Positions 11,624 through 20,275 of a DNA stretch of 64,000 nucleotides are shown here, one piece after another. A model generated the notes under the pieces. That model searched no databases, was not told the DNA's origin, and saw only the letters and a program-made list of their open reading frames with translations. The translations under genes and the position numbers were made by a program. Position 1 is the first letter of the stretch. Each line of letters starts with the position of its first letter. Source of the stretch: Escherichia coli 042 (GTDB lineage: Bacteria > Pseudomonadota > Gammaproteobacteria > Enterobacterales > Enterobacteriaceae); assembly GCF_000027125.1 (NCBI RefSeq), contig NC_017626.1. One strand, written 5' to 3'.

Positions 11624-12976
11624 ATGACTAAACACTATGATTACATCGCCATCGGCGGCGGCAGCGGCGGTATCGCCTCCATCAACCGCGCGGCTATGTA
11701 CGGCCAGAAATGCGCGCTGATTGAAGCCAAAGAGCTGGGCGGCACCTGCGTGAACGTCGGCTGCGTACCGAAGAAAGTGATGTGGCACGCGGCGCAAATC
11801 CGTGAAGCGATCCACATGTACGGTCCGGATTATGGTTTCGATACCACTATAAATAAATTCAACTGGGAAACGTTGATCGCCAGCCGTACCGCCTATATCG
11901 ACCGTATTCATACTTCCTATGAAAACGTGCTCGGTAAAAATAACGTTGATGTAATCAAAGGCTTTGCCCGCTTCGTTGATGCCAAAACGCTGGAGGTAAA
12001 CGGCGAAACCATCACGGCCGATCATATTCTGATCGCCACCGGCGGTCGTCCGAGCCACCCGGATATTCCGGGCGTGGAATACGGTATTGATTCTGATGGC
12101 TTCTTCGCCCTTCCTGCTTTGCCAGAGCGCGTGGCGGTTGTTGGCGCGGGTTACATCGCCGTTGAGCTGGCGGGCGTGATTAACGGCCTCGGCGCGAAAA
12201 CGCATCTGTTTGTGCGTAAACATGCGCCGCTGCGCAGCTTCGACCCGATGATCTCTGAAACGCTGGTCGAAGTGATGAACGCCGAAGGCCCGCAGCTGCA
12301 CACCAACGCCATCCCGAAAGCGGTGGTGAAAAATGCTGATGGCAGCCTGACGCTGGAGCTGGAAGATGGTCGCAGTGAAACGGTAGATTGCCTGATTTGG
12401 GCGATTGGTCGCGAGCCTGCCAATGACAACATCAACCTGGAAGCCGCTGGTGTAAAAACCAACGAAAAAGGCTATATCGTCGTCGATAAATATCAAAACA
12501 CCAACGTTGAAGGTATTTACGCGGTGGGCGATAACACGGGTGCAGTGGAACTGACACCGGTGGCAGTTGCAGCGGGTCGCCGTCTCTCTGAACGCCTGTT
12601 TAATAACAAGCCTGATGAGCATCTGGATTACAGCAACATTCCGACCGTGGTCTTCAGCCATCCGCCGATTGGTACTGTTGGTTTAACGGAACCGCAGGCG
12701 CGCGAGCAGTACGGCGACGATCAGGTGAAAGTGTATAAATCCTCTTTCACCGCGATGTATACCGCCGTCACCACTCACCGCCAGCCGTGCCGCATGAAAC
12801 TGGTATGCGTTGGACCGGAAGAGAAGATTGTCGGAATTCACGGCATTGGTTTTGGTATGGATGAAATGTTGCAGGGCTTCGCGGTGGCGCTGAAGATGGG
12901 GGCGACCAAAAAAGACTTCGACAATACCGTCGCCATTCACCCGACGGCGGCAGAAGAGTTCGTGACCATGCGTTAA
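11624..12976 (+). CDS. gor: glutathione reductase
   Basis: 450-aa ORF with GGGSGG FAD motif and redox-active [13 protein letters not shown]. Confidence 0.97.
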   Translation: MTKHYDYIAIGGGSGGIASINRAAMYGQKCALIEAKELGGTCVNVGCVPKKVMWHAAQIREAIHMYGPDYGFDTTINKFNWETLIASRTAYIDRIHTSYENVLGKNNVDVIKGFARFVDAKTLEVNGETITADHILIATGGRPSHPDIPGVEYGIDSDGFFALPALPERVAVVGAGYIAVELAGVINGLGAKTHLFVRKHAPLRSFDPMISETLVEVMNAEGPQLHTNAIPKAVVKNADGSLTLELEDGRSETVDCLIWAIGREPANDNINLEAAGVKTNEKGYIVVDKYQNTNVEGIYAVGDNTGAVELTPVAVAAGRRLSERLFNNKPDEHLDYSNIPTVVFSHPPIGTVGLTEPQAREQYGDDQVKVYKSSFTAMYTAVTTHRQPCRMKLVCVGPEEKIVGIHGIGFGMDEMLQGFAVALKMGATKKDFDNTVAIHPTAAEEFVTMR

Positions 12977-12982
12977 ATGTTA

Positions 12983-13013
12983 AAGGGCAAAGAGTGGTGT
13001 GCTCTTTGCCCTT
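12983..13013. terminator. hairpin between convergent gor and dinQ
   Basis: 12-bp perfect stem aagggcaaagag-tggtgtg-ctctttgccctt. Confidence 0.7.
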
Positions 13014-13029
13014 AGTTACGTTTCCGCTA

Positions 13030-13113
13030 TCAGTTCAGAAGCTGAAGCAGAAAGCGGATCAGTTCCAGCAGCGCAATTAACGCCCCAAGAACGATGATTG
13101 CTTTATCAATCAC
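13030..13113 (-). CDS. dinQ: type I toxin peptide DinQ (27 aa, membrane)
   Basis: Hand translation of the minus strand gives GTG-IDKAIIVLGALIALLELIRFLLQLLN-stop. This ORF is below the track cutoff. It sits between gor and arsR as in K-12. Confidence 0.85.
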   Translation of the reverse strand: MIDKAIIVLGALIALLELIRFLLQLLN

Positions 13114-13187
13114 CCGTTTTCTCCATGCGATGGAGTGAGAATGCATCCGCTTACTCATCCACTGCCTGTCACGGCGCATGTCTCATT

Positions 13188-13220
13188 GTTAGATAAGAAC
13201 TCTCTCACTCCGGCCAGAGC
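13188..13220. repeat. dinQ-leader copy of the agr repeat (target of AgrB pairing)
   Basis: gttagataagaactctctcactccggccagagc matches 13619-13651 at 31 of 33 positions and matches 13387-13419 less well. Confidence 0.8.
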
Positions 13221-13304
13221 ATCAGTTAACGGCACCACCCGTACTTCTGACCAGGACTTTGAAAGCGTTTATGCGCATTACCAGAGTGAAAATGCCTCAG
13301 AGCT

Positions 13305-13324
13305 AACTGGATAATCATACAGTA
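13305..13324. promoter_or_regulatory. LexA (SOS) box upstream of dinQ
   Basis: aaCTGGataatcatACAGta fits CTG-N10-CAG and taCTGTatatatatACAGta. It lies ~190 nt upstream of the dinQ start on the dinQ side. Confidence 0.75.
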
Positions 13325-13386
13325 CATGCAGGTTATAAAACCAGCACGTCCTTGCAATAGTTTCAGTATGGTATTAGCATTGATGC

Positions 13387-13470
13387 GTTAGATGATGGCA
13401 TTCTCACTCCAGCCAGAGCCACCAACTCAGGGCTGAAGAGTAAAAAAACCGACGCAAAGTCGGTTTTTTT
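13387..13470 (+). ncRNA. agrA: AgrA small RNA (dinQ-region repeat RNA)
   Basis: Repeat unit ending in the terminator aaaaaaaccgacgcaaagtcggttttttt. The 5' end is approximate. Confidence 0.7.
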
Positions 13471-13618
13471 ACATCCGGATTCGGACAAGGCTTAATATGA
13501 CGATGACCCAGTGAAAGTATATAAATCGTCACTGCGATATATACCGAAGTGCTCCCTCCGCCAGCTGAAGAAACCGCTAATTCTTGCAATGTTAGCCACT
13601 GGCTAATAGTATTGAACC

Positions 13619-13701
13619 GTTAGATAAGAGCTCTCTCACTCCAGCCAGAGCCACCAACTCAGGGCTGGAAAGTAAAAAACCGACGCAAAGTCGGTTTTTT
13701 T
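13619..13701 (+). ncRNA. agrB: AgrB small RNA (antitoxin-like repressor of dinQ)
   Basis: Second repeat unit with the same terminator, aaaaaaccgacgcaaagtcggttttttt, and the best complementarity to the dinQ leader. The 5' end is approximate. Confidence 0.75.
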
Positions 13702-13770
13702 ACGTCCTGATTCAGACCTCCTTTCAAATGAATACCCAACGCTTAATTCACACCTATTACCTTCCTCTGC

Positions 13771-13829
13771 ACATACACATTCGTTAAACCATATATGTTT
13801 TTGACTTATCCGCTTCGAAGAGAGACACT
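13771..13829 (+). promoter_or_regulatory. ars promoter with upstream ArsR operator region
   Basis: TTGACT (13801-13806), 17-bp spacer, GACACT (13824-13829). The AT-rich dyad-like acatacacattcgttaaaccatatatg lies just upstream, where ArsR is known to bind. Confidence 0.55.
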
Positions 13830-13853
13830 ACCTGCAACAATCAGGAGCGCAAT

Positions 13854-14207
13854 ATGTCATTTCTCTTACCCATCCAACTGTTCAAAATTCTTGCTGATGA
13901 GACCCGTCTGGGCATCGTTTTACTGCTAAGCGAGCTGGGAGAGTTATGTGTCTGCGATCTCTGTACTGCCCTCGATCAGTCGCAGCCCAAGATATCCCGC
14001 CACCTGGCGCTTCTTCGTGAAAGCGGGCTATTGCTGGATCGCAAGCAGGGTAAGTGGGTTCATTACCGCTTATCGCCGCATATTCCAGCATGGGCAGCGA
14101 AAATTATTGAGCAAACAAGATTAAGCCAACTGGACGACGTGCAGGCTATCGCCCGTAAGCTGGCCGCAGCCAACTGCTCTGCAGACGGTAAAGCAAGCTG
14201 CAGTTAA
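13854..14207 (+). CDS. arsR: arsenite-responsive repressor ArsR
   Basis: 117 aa with the ELCVCDLC As(III)-binding motif and an HTH. Confidence 0.95.
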   Translation: MSFLLPIQLFKILADETRLGIVLLLSELGELCVCDLCTALDQSQPKISRHLALLRESGLLLDRKQGKWVHYRLSPHIPAWAAKIIEQTRLSQLDDVQAIARKLAAANCSADGKASCS

Positions 14208-14254
14208 AAAATTTGCCTGGATATATATGATTTTCCGAATGTGAGGTGTCGAAG

Positions 14255-14617
14255 ATGAAGACGTTAACGGTGTTTGATCCGGCGATGTGTTGCAGTACCG
14301 GCGTCTGTGGTTCTGATGTTGATCAGGTGCTGGTCGATTTTTCCGCAGATGTGCAATGGCTGAAAAGCCGCGGTGTTCAGGTCGAACGTTACAATCTCGC
14401 GCAGCAACCGATGAGTTTCGTGCAAAACGAAAAAGCGAAAGCGTTTCTTGAGGCTTCCGGGGCGGAAGGATTGCCCTTGATCTTACTGGGAGGCGAAACC
14501 GTGATGGCGGGCCGTTATCCGAAACGCGCCGAGCTAGCCCGCTGGTTTGGGATCCCGCTGGAGAAGGTGGGGCTGGCACCAACACACTGCTGTGGCGGAA
14601 AAACCGACTGTTGTTGA
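14255..14617 (+). CDS. arsD: arsenic metallochaperone / secondary regulator ArsD
   Basis: MKTLTVFDPAMCCSTGVCG... (Cys12/13/18 motif) with a C-terminal HCCGGKTDCC. ATG at 14255 gives 120 aa, as in R773 ArsD. Confidence 0.92.
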   Translation: MKTLTVFDPAMCCSTGVCGSDVDQVLVDFSADVQWLKSRGVQVERYNLAQQPMSFVQNEKAKAFLEASGAEGLPLILLGGETVMAGRYPKRAELARWFGIPLEKVGLAPTHCCGGKTDCC

Positions 14618-14634
14618 GCCGGTCAGGGGGACAT

Positions 14635-16386
14635 ATGAAATTCTTACAGAATATCCCGCCTTATCTGTTTTTTACCGGTAAGGGAGGTGTAGGTAAAACG
14701 TCAATTTCCTGCGCAACTGCTATCCATCTGGCGGAACAGGGAAAACGGGTTCTGCTTGTCAGCACCGACCCCGCGTCGAATGTCGGTCAGGTATTTAATC
14801 AAACTATTGGTAACGCTATTACTCCTGTGACAGCGGTTCCCGATTTGTCAGCGCTGGAAATTGACCCTCAGCAAGCCGCTGAACAGTATCGGGCCAGAAT
14901 CGTTGACCCTATCAAAGGACTTCTCCCTGAGGAGGTTGTAAATAGTATACGCGAACAACTTTCGGGAGCATGTACGACAGAGATCGCGGCGTTCGATGAG
15001 TTCACCGGTTTACTGACCGATGCCTCTCTGCTGGCCCGCTTTGATCACATCATTTTTGATACCGCGCCAACGGGCCATACCATACGACTTCTGCAGCTCC
15101 CCGGTGCCTGGAGCAGTTTTATTGAAAGTAATCCCGATGGTGCCTCCTGTCTTGGCCCGATGGCTGGGCTGGAAAAACAGCGTGAGCAGTACGCTGATGC
15201 GGTAGAAGCATTATCCGATCCTGAGCGTACCCGCCTGGTGCTGGTTGCACGCCTGCAAAAATCAACATTGCAGGAAGTCGCTCGCACTCATGAAGAACTG
15301 GCAGCGATTGGTCTTAAAAATCAGTATCTGGTGATCAACGGCGTATTGCCTGAGTCCGGGCAGCAAAATGACCCACTAGCAATGGCAATAGTTCAGCGTG
15401 AGCAGGAAGCCCTGGTAAATTTACCCGCCGGTTTATCGACCATTCCAGCAGATACCCTCTTTCTTCAACCGGTGAACATGGTTGGCGTGCCTGCATTAAA
15501 AGGTCTTTTTAATACCCGTTTCGAGCCTGCCCCACTCTCTGGCCAGGTGCGCCAGCAATTCTCTGAAAACATGTCATTCTCTGAGTTAGTGAATGATATT
15601 GCCCGCAGTGAACACGGTCTGATCATGCTGATGGGAAAAGGCGGCGTGGGGAAAACCACAATGGCCGCAGCTATCGCCGTCAGGCTGGCAGATATGGGAT
15701 TCGATGTGCATCTTACAACCTCCGATCCTGCTGCCCACATTAACACTACCCTAAACGGCACACTTAACAACCTACAGGTCAGCAGGATCAATCCGCAGGA
15801 AGAGACCGAGCGCTATCGCCAGCATGTCCTTGAGACAAAGGGAAAAGATCTCGATGAAGCGGGGAAACGACTGCTGGAAGAGGATTTACGCTCTCCCTGC
15901 ACCGAAGAGATTGCTGTATTTCAGGCGTTCTCGCGCGTGATCCGTGAGGCGGGTAAACGTTTTGTGGTGATGGATACCGCACCAACCGGTCACACGCTGT
16001 TACTGCTGGATGCCACCGGGGCTTATCACCGTGAAATTGCGAAAAAAATGGGCGAAAAAGGTCACTTTACTACGCCAATGATGCAACTTCAGGATCCGCA
16101 ACGCACCAAAGTGCTGCTGGTTACGCTGCCTGAAACCACACCCGTACTGGAAGCGGCTAATTTGCAGGCCGATCTTAAACGCGCAGGGATTCATCCCTGG
16201 GGCTGGATAATCAATAACTGCCTTTCTATTGCGGAAACTCGTTCGTCGCTACTGTGTCAGCGAGCAACGCAGGAACGACCACAAATTGAGGCGGTGATGG
16301 CCCGACATGCTAAGCGTGTAGCGCTGGTCCCTCTATTCGCACAAGAACCTACGGGTATCGAAAAACTCAGAAAGCTGGCAAGTTAA
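14635..16386 (+). CDS. arsA: arsenite-stimulated ATPase ArsA
   Basis: MKFLQNIPPYLFFTGKGGVGKTS... Two Walker A loops (GKGGVGKTS, GKGGVGKTT) and two DTAPTGHT signature sequences. 583 aa from the ATG at 14635. Confidence 0.95.
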   Translation: MKFLQNIPPYLFFTGKGGVGKTSISCATAIHLAEQGKRVLLVSTDPASNVGQVFNQTIGNAITPVTAVPDLSALEIDPQQAAEQYRARIVDPIKGLLPEEVVNSIREQLSGACTTEIAAFDEFTGLLTDASLLARFDHIIFDTAPTGHTIRLLQLPGAWSSFIESNPDGASCLGPMAGLEKQREQYADAVEALSDPERTRLVLVARLQKSTLQEVARTHEELAAIGLKNQYLVINGVLPESGQQNDPLAMAIVQREQEALVNLPAGLSTIPADTLFLQPVNMVGVPALKGLFNTRFEPAPLSGQVRQQFSENMSFSELVNDIARSEHGLIMLMGKGGVGKTTMAAAIAVRLADMGFDVHLTTSDPAAHINTTLNGTLNNLQVSRINPQEETERYRQHVLETKGKDLDEAGKRLLEEDLRSPCTEEIAVFQAFSRVIREAGKRFVVMDTAPTGHTLLLLDATGAYHREIAKKMGEKGHFTTPMMQLQDPQRTKVLLVTLPETTPVLEAANLQADLKRAGIHPWGWIINNCLSIAETRSSLLCQRATQERPQIEAVMARHAKRVALVPLFAQEPTGIEKLRKLAS

Positions 16387-16428
16387 TTTTTTATACAGGG
16401 CGACCATGTCGCCCTGTCAGGAGGGTGT

Positions 16429-17718
16429 ATGTTACTGGCAGGCGCTATTTTTGTCCTGACCATCGTATTGGTTATCTGGCAGCCGAAAGGTTTAGGCATC
16501 GGCTGGAGTGCAACGCTCGGCGCGGTACTGGCGTTGCTTACGGGCGTGGTTCATCCGGGTGATATTCCGGTGGTGTGGAATATCGTCTGGAACGCGACGG
16601 CGGCGTTTATTGCCGTCATTATCATCAGCCTGCTGCTGGATGAGTCCGGCTTTTTTGAATGGGCGGCGCTGCACGTCTCACGCTGGGGCAATGGACGCGG
16701 TCGCTTGCTGTTCACCTGGATTGTCCTGCTCGGTGCCGCCGTTGCAGCTCTGTTTGCCAATGATGGCGCGGCGCTGATTTTAACGCCAATTGTCATCGCC
16801 ATGCTGCTGGCTTTAGGATTCAGTAAAGGCACTACGCTTGCGTTTGTGATGGCGGCCGGGTTCATTGCCGATACCGCCAGCCTGCCGCTTATTGTCTCCA
16901 ACCTGGTGAATATCGTTTCCGCAGATTTCTTTGGCCTCGGCTTTCGCGAATACGCATCGGTGATGGTGCCGGTGGATATCGCCGCAATTGTTGCCACGCT
17001 GGTGATGTTGCATCTTTATTTCCGCAAAGATATTCCGCAGAACTACGACATGGCGCTGCTGAAATCGCCCGCAGAAGCGATTAAAGATCCTGCTACGTTC
17101 AAAACTGGCTGGTTTGTTTTACTGTTTCTGCTGGTGGGATTTTTCGTCCTGGAACCGCTCGGCATTCCGGTAAGCGCCATTGCGGCAGTGGGCGCGCTGA
17201 TATTATTTGCCGTCGCTAAACGCGGTCATGCAATTAATACGGGTAAAGTCCTGCGCGGTGCGCCCTGGCAGATTGTCATCTTCTCGCTCGGCATGTATCT
17301 GGTGGTTTATGGCCTGCGCAATGCCGGACTAACGGAATATCTTTCTGGCGTACTCAACGTGCTGGCGGAAAACGGCCTGTGGGCCGCGACGCTCGGCACC
17401 GGATTCCTCACCGCCTTCCTCTCTTCTATTATGAACAATATGCCGACGGTACTGGTTGGCGCGTTGTCCATTGATGGCAGCACGGCATCTGGCGTTATCA
17501 AAGAAGCGATGGTTTATGCCAACGTGATTGGCTGCGATTTGGGACCGAAAATTACCCCAATTGGTAGCCTGGCTACGCTACTCTGGCTGCACGTACTTTC
17601 GCAGAAGAATATGACTATCAGCTGGGGATATTACTTCCGTACAGGAATTATCATGACCCTGCCGGTGCTTTTTGTGACGCTGGCTGCGCTGGCGCTACGC
17701 CTCTCTTTCACTTTGTAA
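16429..17718 (+). CDS. arsB: arsenite/antimonite efflux permease ArsB
   Basis: 429-aa polytopic ORF recognised as ArsB. Confidence 0.95.
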   Translation: MLLAGAIFVLTIVLVIWQPKGLGIGWSATLGAVLALLTGVVHPGDIPVVWNIVWNATAAFIAVIIISLLLDESGFFEWAALHVSRWGNGRGRLLFTWIVLLGAAVAALFANDGAALILTPIVIAMLLALGFSKGTTLAFVMAAGFIADTASLPLIVSNLVNIVSADFFGLGFREYASVMVPVDIAAIVATLVMLHLYFRKDIPQNYDMALLKSPAEAIKDPATFKTGWFVLLFLLVGFFVLEPLGIPVSAIAAVGALILFAVAKRGHAINTGKVLRGAPWQIVIFSLGMYLVVYGLRNAGLTEYLSGVLNVLAENGLWAATLGTGFLTAFLSSIMNNMPTVLVGALSIDGSTASGVIKEAMVYANVIGCDLGPKITPIGSLATLLWLHVLSQKNMTISWGYYFRTGIIMTLPVLFVTLAALALRLSFTL

Positions 17719-17730
17719 TGAGATATTGAT

Positions 17731-18156
17731 ATGAGCAACATTACCATTTATCACAACCCGGCCTGCGGTACGTCGCGTAATACGCTGGAGATGATCCGCA
17801 ACAGCGGTACAGAACCGACCATTATCTATTATCTGGAAACACCGCCAACGCGCGATGAGCTGGTCAAACTCATTGCCGATATGGGGATTTCCGTACGCGC
17901 GCTGTTGCGTAAAAACGTCGAGCCGTATGAGGAACTGGGCCTTGCAGAAGATAAATTTACTGACGATCGGCTAATCGACTTTATGCTTCAGCACCCGATT
18001 CTGATTAATCGCCCGATTGTGGTGACGCCGCTGGGAACTCGCCTGTGCCGCCCTTCAGAAGTGGTGCTGGAAATTCTGCCAGATGCGCAACAACGCGCGT
18101 TCACCAAGGAAGATGGCGAGAAAGTGGTTGATGAAGCGGGTAAACGCCTGAAATAA
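17731..18156 (+). CDS. arsC: arsenate reductase (glutaredoxin-coupled) ArsC
   Basis: 141 aa. MSNITIYHNPACGTSRNTLEMIR contains the catalytic Cys12. Confidence 0.96.
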   Translation: MSNITIYHNPACGTSRNTLEMIRNSGTEPTIIYYLETPPTRDELVKLIADMGISVRALLRKNVEPYEELGLAEDKFTDDRLIDFMLQHPILINRPIVVTPLGTRLCRPSEVVLEILPDAQQRAFTKEDGEKVVDEAGKRLK

Positions 18157-18202
18157 AGCGGCGATATCCACTGCCGATAGTTGGTAAAGTGCGCTTCGTT
18201 TA

Positions 18203-18296
18203 TGTCGGATGCGACGCTAACGCGTCTTATCCGACCTACAAAACCGTGCAAATTCAATATATGGCATGAAATCTGTAGCGCGTAGCGCATCAGGCA
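18203..18296. repeat. REP/BIME-type palindromic units
   Basis: tgtcggatgcgacgctaacgcgtcttatccgacctaca, plus the inverted unit gcgtagcgcatcaggc. The second unit abuts or overlaps the stop of the ArsR-like gene. Confidence 0.8.
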
Positions 18297-18586
18297 ATTT
18301 TGCTATTTACGCAGCACTCCTCGCGTAAGAATTCAATTATCGCTTCCAGCATTGCGTATTGCGAAACACACATCAGCGTCCGACTCTCACGGTTTTGTTT
18401 GACCAGCCCTACCGATACCAGTGCTGAAATATGGTGACTGAGTGTAGAGCCGGGTATCCCAAGCTGCTTTTGCAACTCACCGACCGGCAAACCTTGTTCC
18501 CCCGCTTTGACCAGGTGTTTGAATATGAACAAACGGGTCGGGTGACCTAGCTCTTTCAGCGCTTTAGCAACTTCTTCCAACTGCAT
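18290..18586 (-). CDS. ArsR/SmtB-family HTH regulator (second copy, C-terminal vicinal Cys type)
   Basis: 98 aa. wHTH segment HPTRLFIFKHL...GSTLSHHISALVSVGLV. It lacks the CVC motif but has Cys73 and a C-terminal ECC. The SD AGGGGG lies 6 nt before the ATG. Confidence 0.85.
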   Translation of the reverse strand: MQLEEVAKALKELGHPTRLFIFKHLVKAGEQGLPVGELQKQLGIPGSTLSHHISALVSVGLVKQNRESRTLMCVSQYAMLEAIIEFLREECCVNSKIA

Positions 18587-18609
18587 ATGACACCCCCTTT
18601 GTCTGGTTG

Positions 18610-18670
18610 ATATTTCGATAATACCAGAAATATCTTGATCTGAATTTCATTTCGATTATTCTGGAAATAT
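18610..18670. promoter_or_regulatory. two tandem operator-like inverted repeats in a divergent promoter region
   Basis: IR1 is ATATTTC-N10-GAAATAT (18610-18633, perfect 7-bp arms). IR2 is tcATTTC-N10-GAAATAT (18647-18670). The 21-mers starting tttcgat match each other at 17 of 21 positions. Confidence 0.6.
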
Positions 18671-18693
18671 GGATTCATTCAATGAGGTTACGT

Positions 18694-19695
18694 ATGAGTA
18701 GTTGGCTTGCGATGCTGCAAGATGCCGCAGAGATGTTTGTGTTTCTCGCCGTCGAGCTTTCTTTGCTGTTTATAGTGATTAGTGCCGGTGTCAGCCTGAT
18801 AAGACAAAAGGTGCCAGACCATAAAATCCAGCAGATGATGGGGGCCAGAAAAGGGAGAGGCTATCTCCTGGCGGCTCTGTTGGGAGCCGTTACCCCGTTC
18901 TGTAGTTGCTCGACAATCCCCATGTTACGTGGATTGTTGTCAGCGAAAGCCGGGTTCGGTCCGACCCTCACTTTTTTATTTGTTTCACCGTTACTTAATC
19001 CCATTATCGTCGGACTAATGTGGGTAACCTTTGGCTGGAAAGTTACCTTGTTGTACGCGATTATCGCCGCCGGCATCTCCGTACTTGCCAGTATTATCCT
19101 CGATTCTCTGGGGTTTGAACGTCATATCATTGCCAGTAAAAGCTCATCAGCAAATTGTTGTGCTCCAGCCAAAACTTCGCCAGGGACGACATATACGCCC
19201 ATAAAAGTGAGTTGCTGTAGTCCAGCGGCTAAAGTCATTGAGAAACCCGCAGTTAACTGTTGCAGTACCAAAGCAGTGGCAAGTATTAATCCCATAAAAT
19301 TAGCCATCAAAGATGCATTGCAGCAGTTTAAAGACGTACTGCCATATCTTGTGTTAGGGGTATTACTAGGCTCTTTTATTTATGGCTTTATCCCCTCACA
19401 GTGGATTGCCGCTCATGCAGGGGCAGATAATCCCTTCGCCATCCCATTGAGCGCCGTTGTCGGAATTCCGCTGTATATCCGGGCAGAGGCGGTTATCCCT
19501 CTGGCATCTGTTCTGATGACAAAAGGAATGGGTCTGGGAGCATTAATGGCATTAATCATCGGCAGTGCCGGAGCAAGCCTGACGGAAGTGATATTACTTA
19601 AATCAATGTTCAGAATACCGATGATAGTTGCATTCCTGACGGTTATATTAGGTATGGCTATCTTGATGGGCTATTTGACTCAAATGCTATTTTAA
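18694..19695 (+). CDS. ArsP/DUF318-like permease with Cys-rich loop (putative metalloid or organoarsenical efflux)
   Basis: Polytopic ORF with a TPFCSCSTIP motif in an early TM segment. A central loop carries three CC pairs. The ATG at 18694 is preferred because GAGG lies 7 nt upstream. The track start at 18682 is also possible. Confidence 0.75.
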   Translation: MSSWLAMLQDAAEMFVFLAVELSLLFIVISAGVSLIRQKVPDHKIQQMMGARKGRGYLLAALLGAVTPFCSCSTIPMLRGLLSAKAGFGPTLTFLFVSPLLNPIIVGLMWVTFGWKVTLLYAIIAAGISVLASIILDSLGFERHIIASKSSSANCCAPAKTSPGTTYTPIKVSCCSPAAKVIEKPAVNCCSTKAVASINPIKLAIKDALQQFKDVLPYLVLGVLLGSFIYGFIPSQWIAAHAGADNPFAIPLSAVVGIPLYIRAEAVIPLASVLMTKGMGLGALMALIIGSAGASLTEVILLKSMFRIPMIVAFLTVILGMAILMGYLTQMLF

Positions 19696-20275
19696 ATAGA
19701 TGCCAGCAGTAAACTATAAGGAGCATTGTGAGTGCCTTATCCTTCTGAGTAGAAAATCATAGATAGGATAATCCTTAAAAATCACAAATAACTTAACTAA
19801 TGCTTTGAGAATGATGACGGATCCGTCAGTAAGTCATCAATCGACAATCACCACGCAATCATGCTTCTCTGACATTTTATCGGAGAAGCAATGTCTCTTT
19901 GTTTCAGTGCTATCCCCCCTTTTAAAGGGCAGATTTCAGTCGCCAATACAACACATTTTTAAATACACTTTAACCTGGTTCATTATTACACATCTAAAAC
20001 ATCACAAAAATATCACTTCACACACTATCGGTGAACATCATAACTTTTTAAAATGAGCGCTTTTTGATAGTTGTTAACGTTTTCCTTTACGATACTATCA
20101 CTGCCCTTTTTTTATACACAAATATTACCGGGTGGAGATAAAAGGGAAATCAAAGGTAATTATATCAGGAAGAGATAACGCATTACATTTATTGTGTGTA
20201 GAAGAAAATCCATTCCTGTTCTAATTATCCAATTTAAACATCTTAGCATAAAACAAATGATGAATAAGGAATTTT

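Noticed and set aside
11282-12661. 459-aa ORF antisense to gor and the rlmJ 3' end
   Set aside because: It is a mirror-frame ORF opposite a well-recognised, codon-biased gene. The sequence is low-complexity and rich in R, A and G, with no SD or promoter. This is a typical antisense shadow ORF.
13404-13589. 61-aa minus-strand ORF over the agrA region
   Set aside because: It runs through the agrA terminator and repeat. The region is better explained by the sRNA units.
19805-20056. 83-aa + strand ORF between the permease and yhiS
   Set aside because: It sits in an AT-rich spacer, has no SD and has an implausible composition.
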